A stretch of DNA of 48,420 bases from positions 1 to 48,420 of the forward strand of contig MHMT01000013.1 in the NCBI GenBank assembly GCA_001819435.1. The letters are read 5' to 3'. The DNA is from Candidatus Portnoybacteria bacterium RBG_13_40_8. Its GTDB lineage: Bacteria; Patescibacteriota; Minisyncoccia; RBG-13-40-8-A. Positions 40,178-47,661 of this stretch are shown here, piece by piece. The notes under the pieces were generated by a model that saw nothing but the letters and a program-made list of their open reading frames with translations, searched no databases and was not told the DNA's origin. The stretch's first letter is position 1, and each line of letters begins with the position of its first letter. The position numbers and the translations under genes were made by a program.

Positions 40178-41122
40178 CTAACGAAGATATTTTGCCTTAT
40201 TAACATTATGCTCTTCTAGTGTTTTCGAATAAATGGTCTTTCCATCGGATGCGCTTAGAAAGAAATTATAATCACTCTCTTTGGGATAGATTGCTGCTTT
40301 AATTGCGGAAAGACCAGGATTATTAATTGGCGTTGGCGGCAAACCAAGATTAATATATGTATTGTACGGTGAATTTACGCGCGTATCTTCATATGAATAT
40401 TGCTTTTTCTCTATCCCCAAAATGTAAGCGATCGTGGCACAGGATTCCAAAGGATAATTATTTTTTACTCTTTTCCAAAAAATTCCCGAAACAATTGACC
40501 TGTCTTCATCGCTCACAACTTCCCTTTCTAAAATGCTTGCCATTATTAAAATATCATAAAGGTTTTTGTTTTGGTTTTTGATTTCTGCTTTCATTTCTTC
40601 GGTCACTTTCCCATCAAAAGTATCCCGCATTTTTTTAACCACAGTCTCAATCGAAGAATTCTTATAAAAATAATAAGTATCCGGAAATAAAAATCCCTCT
40701 TGGTCTTTTGGCAATTTATCTCCTTGCCTTAAAACCCCAACAGTAATCAATCTTTCTTCTATTTGTTTACTGGTCCAGCCCTCGGGAATGGTAACTTTTG
40801 CCCAATTTGGACTGGTTTCGCCTTTGGCAAGAATTTTGGAAATTTGCGGGATAGTCATCTTGGTGTTTAAAAGATATTCTCCTGCCTGGAGACGATTGTT
40901 ATAACCCCTAACCCACACATAAAAGACAAAAAGCCATTTGTTTTTTATCAGGTTTTCCGCTTTTAATCCGTCGGCTACCTCGGTTGACCCCCATCCCTTT
41001 TCAATTTTTATCGTCTTCTCTTCTCCTTCGCACTCAGCGCCCCAAAACTGTAAAAATATCACCGCAAAAAAAATAGCGACAAAGATTAATAAAAATTTTC
41101 GATTAAGAAATATTTTATTCAT
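40178..41122 (-). CDS. mltG: Endolytic murein transglycosylase MltG (YceG-like)
   Basis: N-terminal TM helix and the YceG domain (IPEGWTSKQI..., LASILEREV, INSPYNTYINLGLPPTPINNPG). Confidence 0.85.
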   Translation of the reverse strand: MNKIFLNRKFLLIFVAIFFAVIFLQFWGAECEGEEKTIKIEKGWGSTEVADGLKAENLIKNKWLFVFYVWVRGYNNRLQAGEYLLNTKMTIPQISKILAKGETSPNWAKVTIPEGWTSKQIEERLITVGVLRQGDKLPKDQEGFLFPDTYYFYKNSSIETVVKKMRDTFDGKVTEEMKAEIKNQNKNLYDILIMASILEREVVSDEDRSIVSGIFWKRVKNNYPLESCATIAYILGIEKKQYSYEDTRVNSPYNTYINLGLPPTPINNPGLSAIKAAIYPKESDYNFFLSASDGKTIYSKTLEEHNVNKAKYLR

Positions 41123-41126
41123 AATT

Positions 41127-41744
41127 TCACATCTCTATTAATGGCACGAAAACAAAACCAGGAAATTCGTTTTCTTCGAATTCTCTTTCTGATTTTCTGA
41201 TTACCAACCATATGCTTTCTTTAACTGGCGCAACCAGTCTGCCACCGATTTTTAACTGCTCTTTCCACTCTTTTGGAAGCGTCATTGCTGAAGCAGCGAC
41301 AATAATCTTGTCAAACGGCGCAGCCCATTTTAGGCCCTTGCTTCCGTCAGCCTGAATAAATTTCACAATCCCCTTTTCTATAAAATTATATTTTGCAATG
41401 TTTTTTTTGCCAAATTCAGCAATCTTTTCAATTAATTCCATGGCAAAAACCTGACCATTTTCACCAACGCAATGAGCTAAAAGTGCTGTCTGCCAGCCCG
41501 AACCGGCACCGATATCTAAAATTTTATCTCCGGGCTGGGGCTGAAGTAATTCTAACATAAATGCCACGGTTAATGGTTGAGAAATTGTTTGACCATAACC
41601 GATCGGTAATGGCGCGTTAATATCGGCTTCTTCTTTTAATTCTTCCAAAACAAAATCTTCTCTTCTTACGTTTCTAAATGCCTCAATAATTAAGGAGGTT
41701 TTCAGGTATCCTTCTTTTATCAACTTATCTATTAATGTTTCCAT
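41127..41744 (-). CDS. pcm: Protein-L-isoaspartate O-methyltransferase
   Basis: GQTISQPLTVAFMLELL, the SAM motif ILDIGAGSGWQTALLA and FVPL at the C-terminus. Confidence 0.9.
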   Translation of the reverse strand: METLIDKLIKEGYLKTSLIIEAFRNVRREDFVLEELKEEADINAPLPIGYGQTISQPLTVAFMLELLQPQPGDKILDIGAGSGWQTALLAHCVGENGQVFAMELIEKIAEFGKKNIAKYNFIEKGIVKFIQADGSKGLKWAAPFDKIIVAASAMTLPKEWKEQLKIGGRLVAPVKESIWLVIRKSEREFEENEFPGFVFVPLIEM

Positions 41745-41790
41745 AATTTTATTATATCAATTTTTATTATATAAAAAAATAAGCGCGAAA

Positions 41791-41819
41791 TTTATAAAAG
41801 CCGAGGAAAAATCTCGGCT
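41791..41819 (-). terminator. Intrinsic terminator after tRNA-Trp
   Basis: In the minus sense: AGCCGAG-ATTTTTC-CTCGGCT followed by TTTATAAATTT. Confidence 0.55.
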
Positions 41820-41833
41820 CTTGTAATACCTGA

Positions 41834-41906
41834 CAGGAGCGCCAGGCTTCGAACCCGGAACCTCTGGTTTTGGAGACCAGTGCTCTGCCAATTGAGCTAC
41901 GCTCCC
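41834..41906 (-). tRNA. tRNA-Trp (anticodon CCA)
   Basis: Hand-folded from GGGAGCGTAGCTCAATTGGCAGAGCACTGGTCTCCAAAACCAGAGGTTCCGGGTTCGAAGCCTGGCGCTCCTG. The anticodon loop is CTCCAAA. Confidence 0.9.
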
Positions 41907-41910
41907 AAAA

Positions 41911-42069
41911 TTATTTTTTACTTTCTTTATGAATCGTGCGTTTCTTGCACCATTTACAGAATTTTTTATATTCTAATTTTTTCTCAACAGTTTTTCTATT
42001 TCTGCGAGTATGATAATTGATACGTTTACATTCATTACAGGCTAATTTTGTAATATATTCTTTTTTCAT
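41911..42069 (-). CDS. rpmG: 50S ribosomal protein L33
   Basis: Not in the ORF track. Hand translation gives MKKEYITKLACNECKRINYHTRRNRKTVEKKLEYKKFCKWCKKRTIHKESKK, a C4-type L33. Confidence 0.9.
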   Translation of the reverse strand: MKKEYITKLACNECKRINYHTRRNRKTVEKKLEYKKFCKWCKKRTIHKESKK

Positions 42070-42070
42070 G

Positions 42071-42538
42071 TCAGTTCTTTTTTATCCATTGATTTAATTC
42101 CTCGCTGTGTTCGTATAAATCCAGAATTTCTCCTCTAAATTTATCTTCTCCTTGTTTTAAAATCCAATCGTTTTCTCCCGGTTCAAAATAAGCCACGACT
42201 TCATAATCTAATTTACCATCTTTTTTGCCGGCTTCAACTAAAATCTGACCCATAATATGGCCATCTTCATATTCAATATAAAAATCTTTGTTGCTGCTTT
42301 TGATAAACCAAAATCTATTGATATGCCATTTTCCTCCCAAGACTGGTTTAACTGGTGACATCTCGGAAATTTTTACCATACAATCTTCCATTATTTCTTC
42401 TCGACTTATTTCATTTTTAATAATCGGTAAAATATTTGCCGGTTGGACTGATTGTTCTTTGTTTTTTAAAAAATAATAAACTCCTCCACTAATCAAAATT
42501 AAAACAATAATAATTATGGGGAAATAAATTCTTTTCAT
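42071..42538 (-). CDS. Hypothetical membrane-anchored protein (155 aa)
   Basis: I place the start at MKRIYFPIIIIVLILISGG (42538). The track's 15 extra N-terminal residues overlap tRNA-Thr. No recognisable domain. Confidence 0.6.
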   Translation of the reverse strand: MKRIYFPIIIIVLILISGGVYYFLKNKEQSVQPANILPIIKNEISREEIMEDCMVKISEMSPVKPVLGGKWHINRFWFIKSSNKDFYIEYEDGHIMGQILVEAGKKDGKLDYEVVAYFEPGENDWILKQGEDKFRGEILDLYEHSEELNQWIKKN

Positions 42539-42541
42539 GTA

Positions 42542-42615
42542 AGCCCAGGGGCGGAATTGAACCGCCGACCTCATTCTTACCAAGAATGCGCTCTAACCAA
42601 CTGAGCTACCTGGGC
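42542..42615 (-). tRNA. tRNA-Thr (anticodon GGT)
   Basis: Hand-folded from GCCCAGGTAGCTCAGTTGGTTAGAGCGCATTCTTGGTAAGAATGAGGTCGGCGGTTCAATTCCGCCCCTGGGCT. The anticodon loop is TTGGTAA. Confidence 0.9.
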
Positions 42616-42621
42616 AAAAAT

Positions 42622-42705
42622 TGGGCCGGGAAGGATTCGAACCTTCGTAGTCCAAAGGACTCCAGTTTTACAGACTGGTGCATTTGACCGCTCTGCCACC
42701 GACCC
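42622..42705 (-). tRNA. tRNA-Tyr (anticodon GTA), class II with a long variable arm
   Basis: Hand-folded from GGGTCGGTGGCAGAGCGGTCAAATGCACCAGTCTGTAAAACTGGAGTCCTTTGGACTACGAAGGTTCGAATCCTTCCCGGCCCA. The anticodon loop is CTGTAAA. Confidence 0.9.
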
Positions 42706-42759
42706 AAAATATTATAAATGACCCAAAACAGTTGCCCCGCCTGCCAGCGCCTAGGTCTA

Positions 42760-42830
42760 AGCCGCCTGCAGGAATCGAACCCGCGTCTATGGTTTACAAA
42801 ACCACTGCTTTTCCACTAAGCTAAGGCGGC
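42760..42830 (-). tRNA. tRNA-Thr (anticodon TGT)
   Basis: Hand-folded from GCCGCCTTAGCTTAGTGGAAAAGCAGTGGTTTTGTAAACCATAGACGCGGGTTCGATTCCTGCAGGCGGCT. The anticodon loop is TTTGTAA. Confidence 0.85.
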
Positions 42831-42861
42831 GCAGGCCTTGGCGGGCAGGTCTACCGCTGAG

Positions 42862-43191
42862 CTAAGATGGCGAGTTAAAATCATTATTTTCCTGCTCCTC
42901 TTCTTTTCTTCTTTTTAATCTATCTCTAAGACGATCAACAATTCTGGCTAAAAAATTATCAAATTTTAAAACAATAATTTTAATTCTTCTTAAAATCTTT
43001 TCTGTTCTATGAATAAATATTTCGTGAAAAAAATTACTCGAATTTATCTTGGTTTTAACTCTTTCTAATAAAGAAGTTTCTTCGAAAGGATGTCGAGGAT
43101 ATCTTAAAATAACAGGAACCTTGCGTAAAACAATAACCAAGATTCCTATAATACTTATTGCAAAAACTATTTGAGAAATAGTTATTAACAT
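42862..43191 (-). CDS. Hypothetical small membrane protein (109 aa)
   Basis: One N-terminal TM helix and a basic C-terminal part. The last codons run into a tRNA-like fragment. Confidence 0.5.
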   Translation of the reverse strand: MLITISQIVFAISIIGILVIVLRKVPVILRYPRHPFEETSLLERVKTKINSSNFFHEIFIHRTEKILRRIKIIVLKFDNFLARIVDRLRDRLKRRKEEEQENNDFNSPS

Positions 43192-43194
43192 AAA

Positions 43195-43647
43195 TTATAA
43201 TTCGTATCTAACGAATTCGTCTATTTTAATATTTTCTCCCAATTTAGCTACTTTCTCGTTTATTAAATCTTTTATGGTAATTAAAGGATTTTTAACATAG
43301 GGCTCTTCCAATAAACCCTTTTCATCTTTTGAGTCCATGCCGGCAATATGCATAGCTATTTCGTGAGCCAATTCTTTAAACTCTTGATTTCTGGCTACAA
43401 AATCAGTCTCGCATTTTAATTTTAATAAAACTCCGACTTTCTTGTTGGTATGAATATAGGCTTCAACAATCCCTTCTTCGGCTTTTCTTTCTGATTTTTT
43501 CATAGCCGTCAGCCGACCCTTTTCTTGTAAGATTTTTAGGGCCTTGCCTTCATTTCCCCTTGCTTCGCTAAGCGCATTTTTACATTCCATAATTGAGGCG
43601 CCGGTCTTTCCTCTTAATTCTTTTACTTTGCCTACTGATATTGTCAT
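43195..43647 (-). CDS. tsf: Elongation factor Ts, short form (150 aa)
   Basis: UBA-like N-terminus VKELRGKTGASIMECKNALSEARGNEGKALKILQEKG. It is downstream of rpsB. Confidence 0.85.
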   Translation of the reverse strand: MTISVGKVKELRGKTGASIMECKNALSEARGNEGKALKILQEKGRLTAMKKSERKAEEGIVEAYIHTNKKVGVLLKLKCETDFVARNQEFKELAHEIAMHIAGMDSKDEKGLLEEPYVKNPLITIKDLINEKVAKLGENIKIDEFVRYEL

Positions 43648-43651
43648 GATC

Positions 43652-44347
43652 TTATTTTAATGCCTCTTCTATTTGCTCTAACATAAATTTTAAAGCAGAA
43701 ATAGATTCATCATTTGAAGGAATGGGATAATCAATTATCGTAGGGTCACTATCGGTGTCAACGAGTCCAATCACTGGTATGTTTTTCTTCTTCGCCTCTC
43801 TAACTGGGGTCATTTGCGATTTGATGCTTGTAATAAAAAGAGCATTTGGCAGCTTATCCAAATTTCTTATCCCATCGAATCTCTTCTTTAATTTTTCGAT
43901 TTCTTTATCAAATTTTTGCTGTTCCTTTTTTGTGTATTTTTTAAGTTCGCCTTCTGCCTTCTTTTTCTCTAAGTCGAGAAAATGCTCCACCCTCTTTCTA
44001 ATCGTCTTAAAATTCGTCATCAGTCCACCAATCCAGCGAGAGGTAACATAGGGCATATTACATTTTTTGGCTATTTCTTCAACTAAAAATTGACTTTGGG
44101 TTCTATTTTCGACAAAAAGTATCTTGCCATTATTTTCCTTTGTTTCTTTTATAAAATTTATCGCCTTTTCCAATTCTTCCATTGTCTTTTCTAAATCAAT
44201 GATATAGATATTATTTTTTAAGCCAAAAATATAAGGAGTCATTTTGGGATTCCAGTTTGATTTTTTATGACCGAAATGAATACCGGCCTCAAACATTTTC
44301 TGGGCTAATTCTTCGGAAACTATTGATTTTTTCTTGGTCTCAGACAT
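43652..44347 (-). CDS. rpsB: 30S ribosomal protein S2
   Basis: MFEAGIHFGHKKSNWNPKMTPYIFG..NNIYIIDLEKT, plus PVIGLVDTDSDP. Confidence 0.95.
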   Translation of the reverse strand: MSETKKKSIVSEELAQKMFEAGIHFGHKKSNWNPKMTPYIFGLKNNIYIIDLEKTMEELEKAINFIKETKENNGKILFVENRTQSQFLVEEIAKKCNMPYVTSRWIGGLMTNFKTIRKRVEHFLDLEKKKAEGELKKYTKKEQQKFDKEIEKLKKRFDGIRNLDKLPNALFITSIKSQMTPVREAKKKNIPVIGLVDTDSDPTIIDYPIPSNDESISALKFMLEQIEEALK

Positions 44348-44435
44348 AAAATCTATGTTAACACAATAACATTAACAACACAAGGTCGCTGTTTTATTGA
44401 CTAATCTATATTTGTATTATATCATTAAATTTACC

Positions 44436-44654
44436 GTGAAAAAAGATATTCATCCCAAATATTACCCCGACGCCATAATCCACTGCAGTTGTGGAAAAAT
44501 TTTTAAAATTGGCTCAACAAAGCCAGAGATTCATATCGAAGTCTGCAGCGCTTGCCATCCCTTTTATACGGGACATGATAAAATTATTGACACAGCCGGA
44601 AGAGTAGAAAAATTTAAAAAGAGATTGGCTAGAGCCAAAAAATCAAAAAAGTAA
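44436..44654 (+). CDS. rpmE: 50S ribosomal protein L31
   Basis: A GTG start gives (M)[22 protein letters not shown]...[11 protein letters not shown]. The track's ATG at 44397 adds 13 non-L31 residues and coincides with the -35 box TTGACT (44397..44402) of a TTGACT-17-TATCAT promoter. Confidence 0.8.
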   Translation: MKKDIHPKYYPDAIIHCSCGKIFKIGSTKPEIHIEVCSACHPFYTGHDKIIDTAGRVEKFKKRLARAKKSKK

Positions 44655-45382
44655 TGAATACTAACTCCAACAAGGCAATAATAGAAATCAGGGCGGGGGC
44701 AGGCGGCGACGAGGCCGCTTTATTTGCGGCTGACCTTTTTAGAATGTATAGCAAATTTGCCGAAAAACAGGGTTGGCAAATTAAAAACTTAGAATCAAAT
44801 TTTTCAAGTTTAAAAGGTTTTAAAGAAGTTATTCTCCAAGTATCTGGAGAGAATGCTTATAATTTATTAAAACATGAAGGCGGAGTTCACAGAGTTCAAA
44901 GAATACCGGAAACTGAAAAAAGCGGAAGAATTCATACTTCAACCGCCAGTGTGGCTATTTTACCCCAAGCCGAAAAAACTGAAATAGAAATTAAACCAAA
45001 TGATTTAAAAATTGATACTTACAGAGCCTCTGGTCCGGGCGGCCAATATGTAAACAAGACCGAATCAGCAATAAGAATAACCCATATACCCACTGGTTTG
45101 GTGGTTAGTTCCCAAAACGAAAGAAGTCAAGGCGCGAACCGAGAAAATGCGATGAGTATTTTACGCTCACGGATTTATGCTTTAAAAATCGAACAAGAAT
45201 TAACAAAAATGGGACAGCAAAGAAATATCCAAATTGGTACAGCTGACCGTTCGGAAAAAATCAGAACCTATAATTTCCCCCAGGATAGAATCACCGACCA
45301 TAGAATCGGCAAATCCTGGCACAATATGGAAAAAATTCTCGATGGCAATCTCTGGTCAGTCATCAAAAAATTCCAGAAATAA
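44654..45382 (+). CDS. prfA: Peptide chain release factor, RF1-type, lacking the N-terminal domain (242 aa)
   Basis: GGQ motif ([23 protein letters not shown]). The RF1-type PxT tripeptide region is [27 protein letters not shown] overlap with rpmE. Confidence 0.85.
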   Translation: MNTNSNKAIIEIRAGAGGDEAALFAADLFRMYSKFAEKQGWQIKNLESNFSSLKGFKEVILQVSGENAYNLLKHEGGVHRVQRIPETEKSGRIHTSTASVAILPQAEKTEIEIKPNDLKIDTYRASGPGGQYVNKTESAIRITHIPTGLVVSSQNERSQGANRENAMSILRSRIYALKIEQELTKMGQQRNIQIGTADRSEKIRTYNFPQDRITDHRIGKSWHNMEKILDGNLWSVIKKFQK

Positions 45383-45386
45383 ATTT

Positions 45387-45439
45387 AAAAAGCAGAAAAT
45401 AAGTTTTTCTTATTATAGAAAATTTATTTTCTGCTTTTT
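45387..45439. terminator. Long AT-rich bidirectional hairpin terminator between prfA (+) and 45441..46757 (-)
   Basis: AAAAAGCAGAAAATAA...TTATTTTCTGCTTTTT with an inner stem TTTTCT/AGAAAA. Confidence 0.7.
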
Positions 45440-45440
45440 A

Positions 45441-46757
45441 TTATCCTTTTTCCAAAATATCAACCTGATCTTGAATCTGTTTAGTTAAATCCATGACTTG
45501 GTTACCGTAAAAATATAAAGATGAATTGTTCCATTTCGAACCAGCAAGATACATCATCGCTGCTTTCCATTCCGCATTATAAGTCTGTTGGTTAGCGCCT
45601 TTATTGGCTAGATAGAGAGCGGCGGCCACAAAAGCATCTTTAATGTTCCAAGGAGATGGTGGATTATTACCAGTTATTTCGACTACTCTTTGTTCATATC
45701 CAAGCCAAGTGGCTGGCAGAAACTGAGCTGGGCCCATTGCTCCTCCCCATCCATACCATTGTTTTTTGGAAACCGGATAAGTATCGGGGCTAATATTTAA
45801 TTTTTCACAAATTTGTAAATAATATGTTCTCTGGCTGGGCTTCATATCCACCCGCCATGAGCCGGTTCCGACGTTTTTCCCTAATTGGGACTCACGACTT
45901 AAAATTGCCAAAAGAAAAGCTGGCCTGACTCCCGTATAAATCGATGCAAATTTGGCAAACTTGTACGCATCTTCAAATCTTAGAGATTCTCCATCTACAA
46001 AACCTTTAAGATAATATAATCTGTTCTTGATGACTTCAATATCTAGTTGGGTTTTCTTAACCAATTGAGTAAATAATTGTTCTTGGCCCTTGGTTTGTTC
46101 CAATAGGGTCTTTTTTTCTTTCTTTTTATTCTCTAGATTTTCTCTTTGTTCATTTTGAATTGTTTTCAGTGCAAGCTGTTCTTCCTTTTCGTCGGTGAGA
46201 GTGCCTTTTTCTTGCTCTAGATTTGATTTTAAATTAGAAAGCTTAGTAAGAAGTTGTTGAATTTGATCCTGAAAATTTTCTAAAGAATGAAGTTCGGATA
46301 AAAAGTCCGACAATTGGGCTCGGCCAAGGATTATTTCTAAATAAGAAACGTCATCATATTTACTAATTTCTCTTAATAATTCACTTAGAGCGGTTTTTTC
46401 TAAATCAACCTCCCTTTCCGCCTCTCTGATTACCATTTTCTTTTCAGATATTCTATTATCCAATTTTTTGATAATCAAATCTATTTTTTGAATCTCTAAT
46501 TCTGCCTCGTTTACTTCATTATCTAAAATCTCTATTTCGGTCTGGAGCGATTTGGCTCTTTGTTGGTTTGTAATCACTCCGGTTCGATATTTAGATATTT
46601 TTTCTTCTAATTCTTTTATTTTTGCCTCCATCTCTTTCTCTTCATCCAAAGATGTTTGAGCTGAAGCAAACCCCGTACCTTTAAAAAGATACGGGGTAAA
46701 TAAACCGATTAAAACCAAAATCGCTATTAAAATATTAGCTTTTTTGTGTCTAAACAT
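45441..46757 (-). CDS. Secreted coiled-coil protein with a C-terminal lytic transglycosylase domain
   Basis: Signal/TM peptide, ~230 aa of heptad-rich sequence, then SRESQLGKN...GWGGAMGPAQFLPATW, which is typical of MltB/SLT-type transglycosylases. Confidence 0.7.
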   Translation of the reverse strand: MFRHKKANILIAILVLIGLFTPYLFKGTGFASAQTSLDEEKEMEAKIKELEEKISKYRTGVITNQQRAKSLQTEIEILDNEVNEAELEIQKIDLIIKKLDNRISEKKMVIREAEREVDLEKTALSELLREISKYDDVSYLEIILGRAQLSDFLSELHSLENFQDQIQQLLTKLSNLKSNLEQEKGTLTDEKEEQLALKTIQNEQRENLENKKKEKKTLLEQTKGQEQLFTQLVKKTQLDIEVIKNRLYYLKGFVDGESLRFEDAYKFAKFASIYTGVRPAFLLAILSRESQLGKNVGTGSWRVDMKPSQRTYYLQICEKLNISPDTYPVSKKQWYGWGGAMGPAQFLPATWLGYEQRVVEITGNNPPSPWNIKDAFVAAALYLANKGANQQTYNAEWKAAMMYLAGSKWNNSSLYFYGNQVMDLTKQIQDQVDILEKG

Positions 46758-46760
46758 TAG

Positions 46761-47459
46761 TTATTTTGAACTGCCTTCTTTGAATTCTTGCTTTTCTTCT
46801 ATACCTTCTTTAATCTCTTCTGTTTCTTCAACTGGCTTCTCGCCCGCTACTTCCACTTCTTCAACTTTAACTTCCGGCTTTTCCTCCAATGCTTTTAATT
46901 CTTCTTCTGTTCTTGGCGGTATTACTGAAACAACCATTTCTTCTGGTTCAGCGTCTACCTTAACTCCCGAAGGCAAAATTAAATCTTTCACTCTAATATG
47001 CTTATCAAATGAATCTAAAACGGAAATATCTACTTTTATCTCGTGCGGCAAATCCTTGGGCAGAGCTTCAACTTCTATTTCGGTAATATTCTTAACCAAT
47101 ATGCCGTCCATGCTTTTTACGGCTGGTGCTTCGCCAACAAAAACCAACAGAACTTCGGCTTTAATCTCTTTATCCATTCTCACCTGATAAAAATCAACAT
47201 GAATAAAGCTATCGCTAACAGGATCTTTAGCAATATCGTGGATTAAGACATTTTTAATATGCTCATCTACTTTAAGTTTAACTAATGTGCTCTCTCCGGC
47301 CTGTTCAAATACTTTCCTGAATTCCTCATGGCCAACCTGAATAGAAACCGGTTTATGGCCAGAACCATAAACCACAGCTGGAATAAACCCTTTTTCCCGA
47401 AGGGTTTTCAACTTTCTTCCAGATTCTTTTCTGGTTTGCGCTTTCAATTCTAATTCCAT
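46761..47459 (-). CDS. rplY: 50S ribosomal protein L25/Ctc-form with an acidic C-terminal tail
   Basis: I place the start at MELELKAQTRKESGRKLKTLREKGFIPAVVYG (47459), with the SD GGGAGGA. The track's 75-aa N-terminal extension reads through repeat copy 3. Confidence 0.9.
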   Translation of the reverse strand: MELELKAQTRKESGRKLKTLREKGFIPAVVYGSGHKPVSIQVGHEEFRKVFEQAGESTLVKLKVDEHIKNVLIHDIAKDPVSDSFIHVDFYQVRMDKEIKAEVLLVFVGEAPAVKSMDGILVKNITEIEVEALPKDLPHEIKVDISVLDSFDKHIRVKDLILPSGVKVDAEPEEMVVSVIPPRTEEELKALEEKPEVKVEEVEVAGEKPVEETEEIKEGIEEKQEFKEGSSK

Positions 47460-47526
47460 ATCCTCCCATCTTACCAAGATTTTATTTAAAAAGCAACCCG
47501 TCTGAAATCCCTCTTTACTTTCGGCG

Positions 47527-47657
47527 AGGAATTTATTTTCACTGAGACAATTTCGGAAGCCGAAAGCATGGTTTTCGCCGAAGGCGGAATTTTGGCTGAG
47601 AATTAGTGCGGCCCCGCGCTGGCGGGGCCGACACGTGTCGACATGAAAATAAATTCC
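47527..47657. repeat. Structured intergenic repeat, family 1, copy 3 (131 nt)
   Basis: Perfect 14-bp arms, GGAATTTATTTTCA (47527..47540) and TGAAAATAAATTCC (47644..47657). The GC hairpin is CGGCCCCGC-GCTG-GCGGGGCCG at 47608..47629. Confidence 0.85.
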
Positions 47658-47661
47658 GAGC

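Noticed and set aside
42831-42870. The tRNA-like 5' fragment GCCATCTTAGCTCAGCGGTAGA might be the 5' half of a split, permuted or intron-containing tRNA with tRNA-Thr(TGT) nested inside.
   Set aside because: No complementary acceptor 3' strand (AGATGGC) exists downstream. No anticodon or T arm can be assembled from the flanks. It is best read as a relic of a duplicated tRNA.
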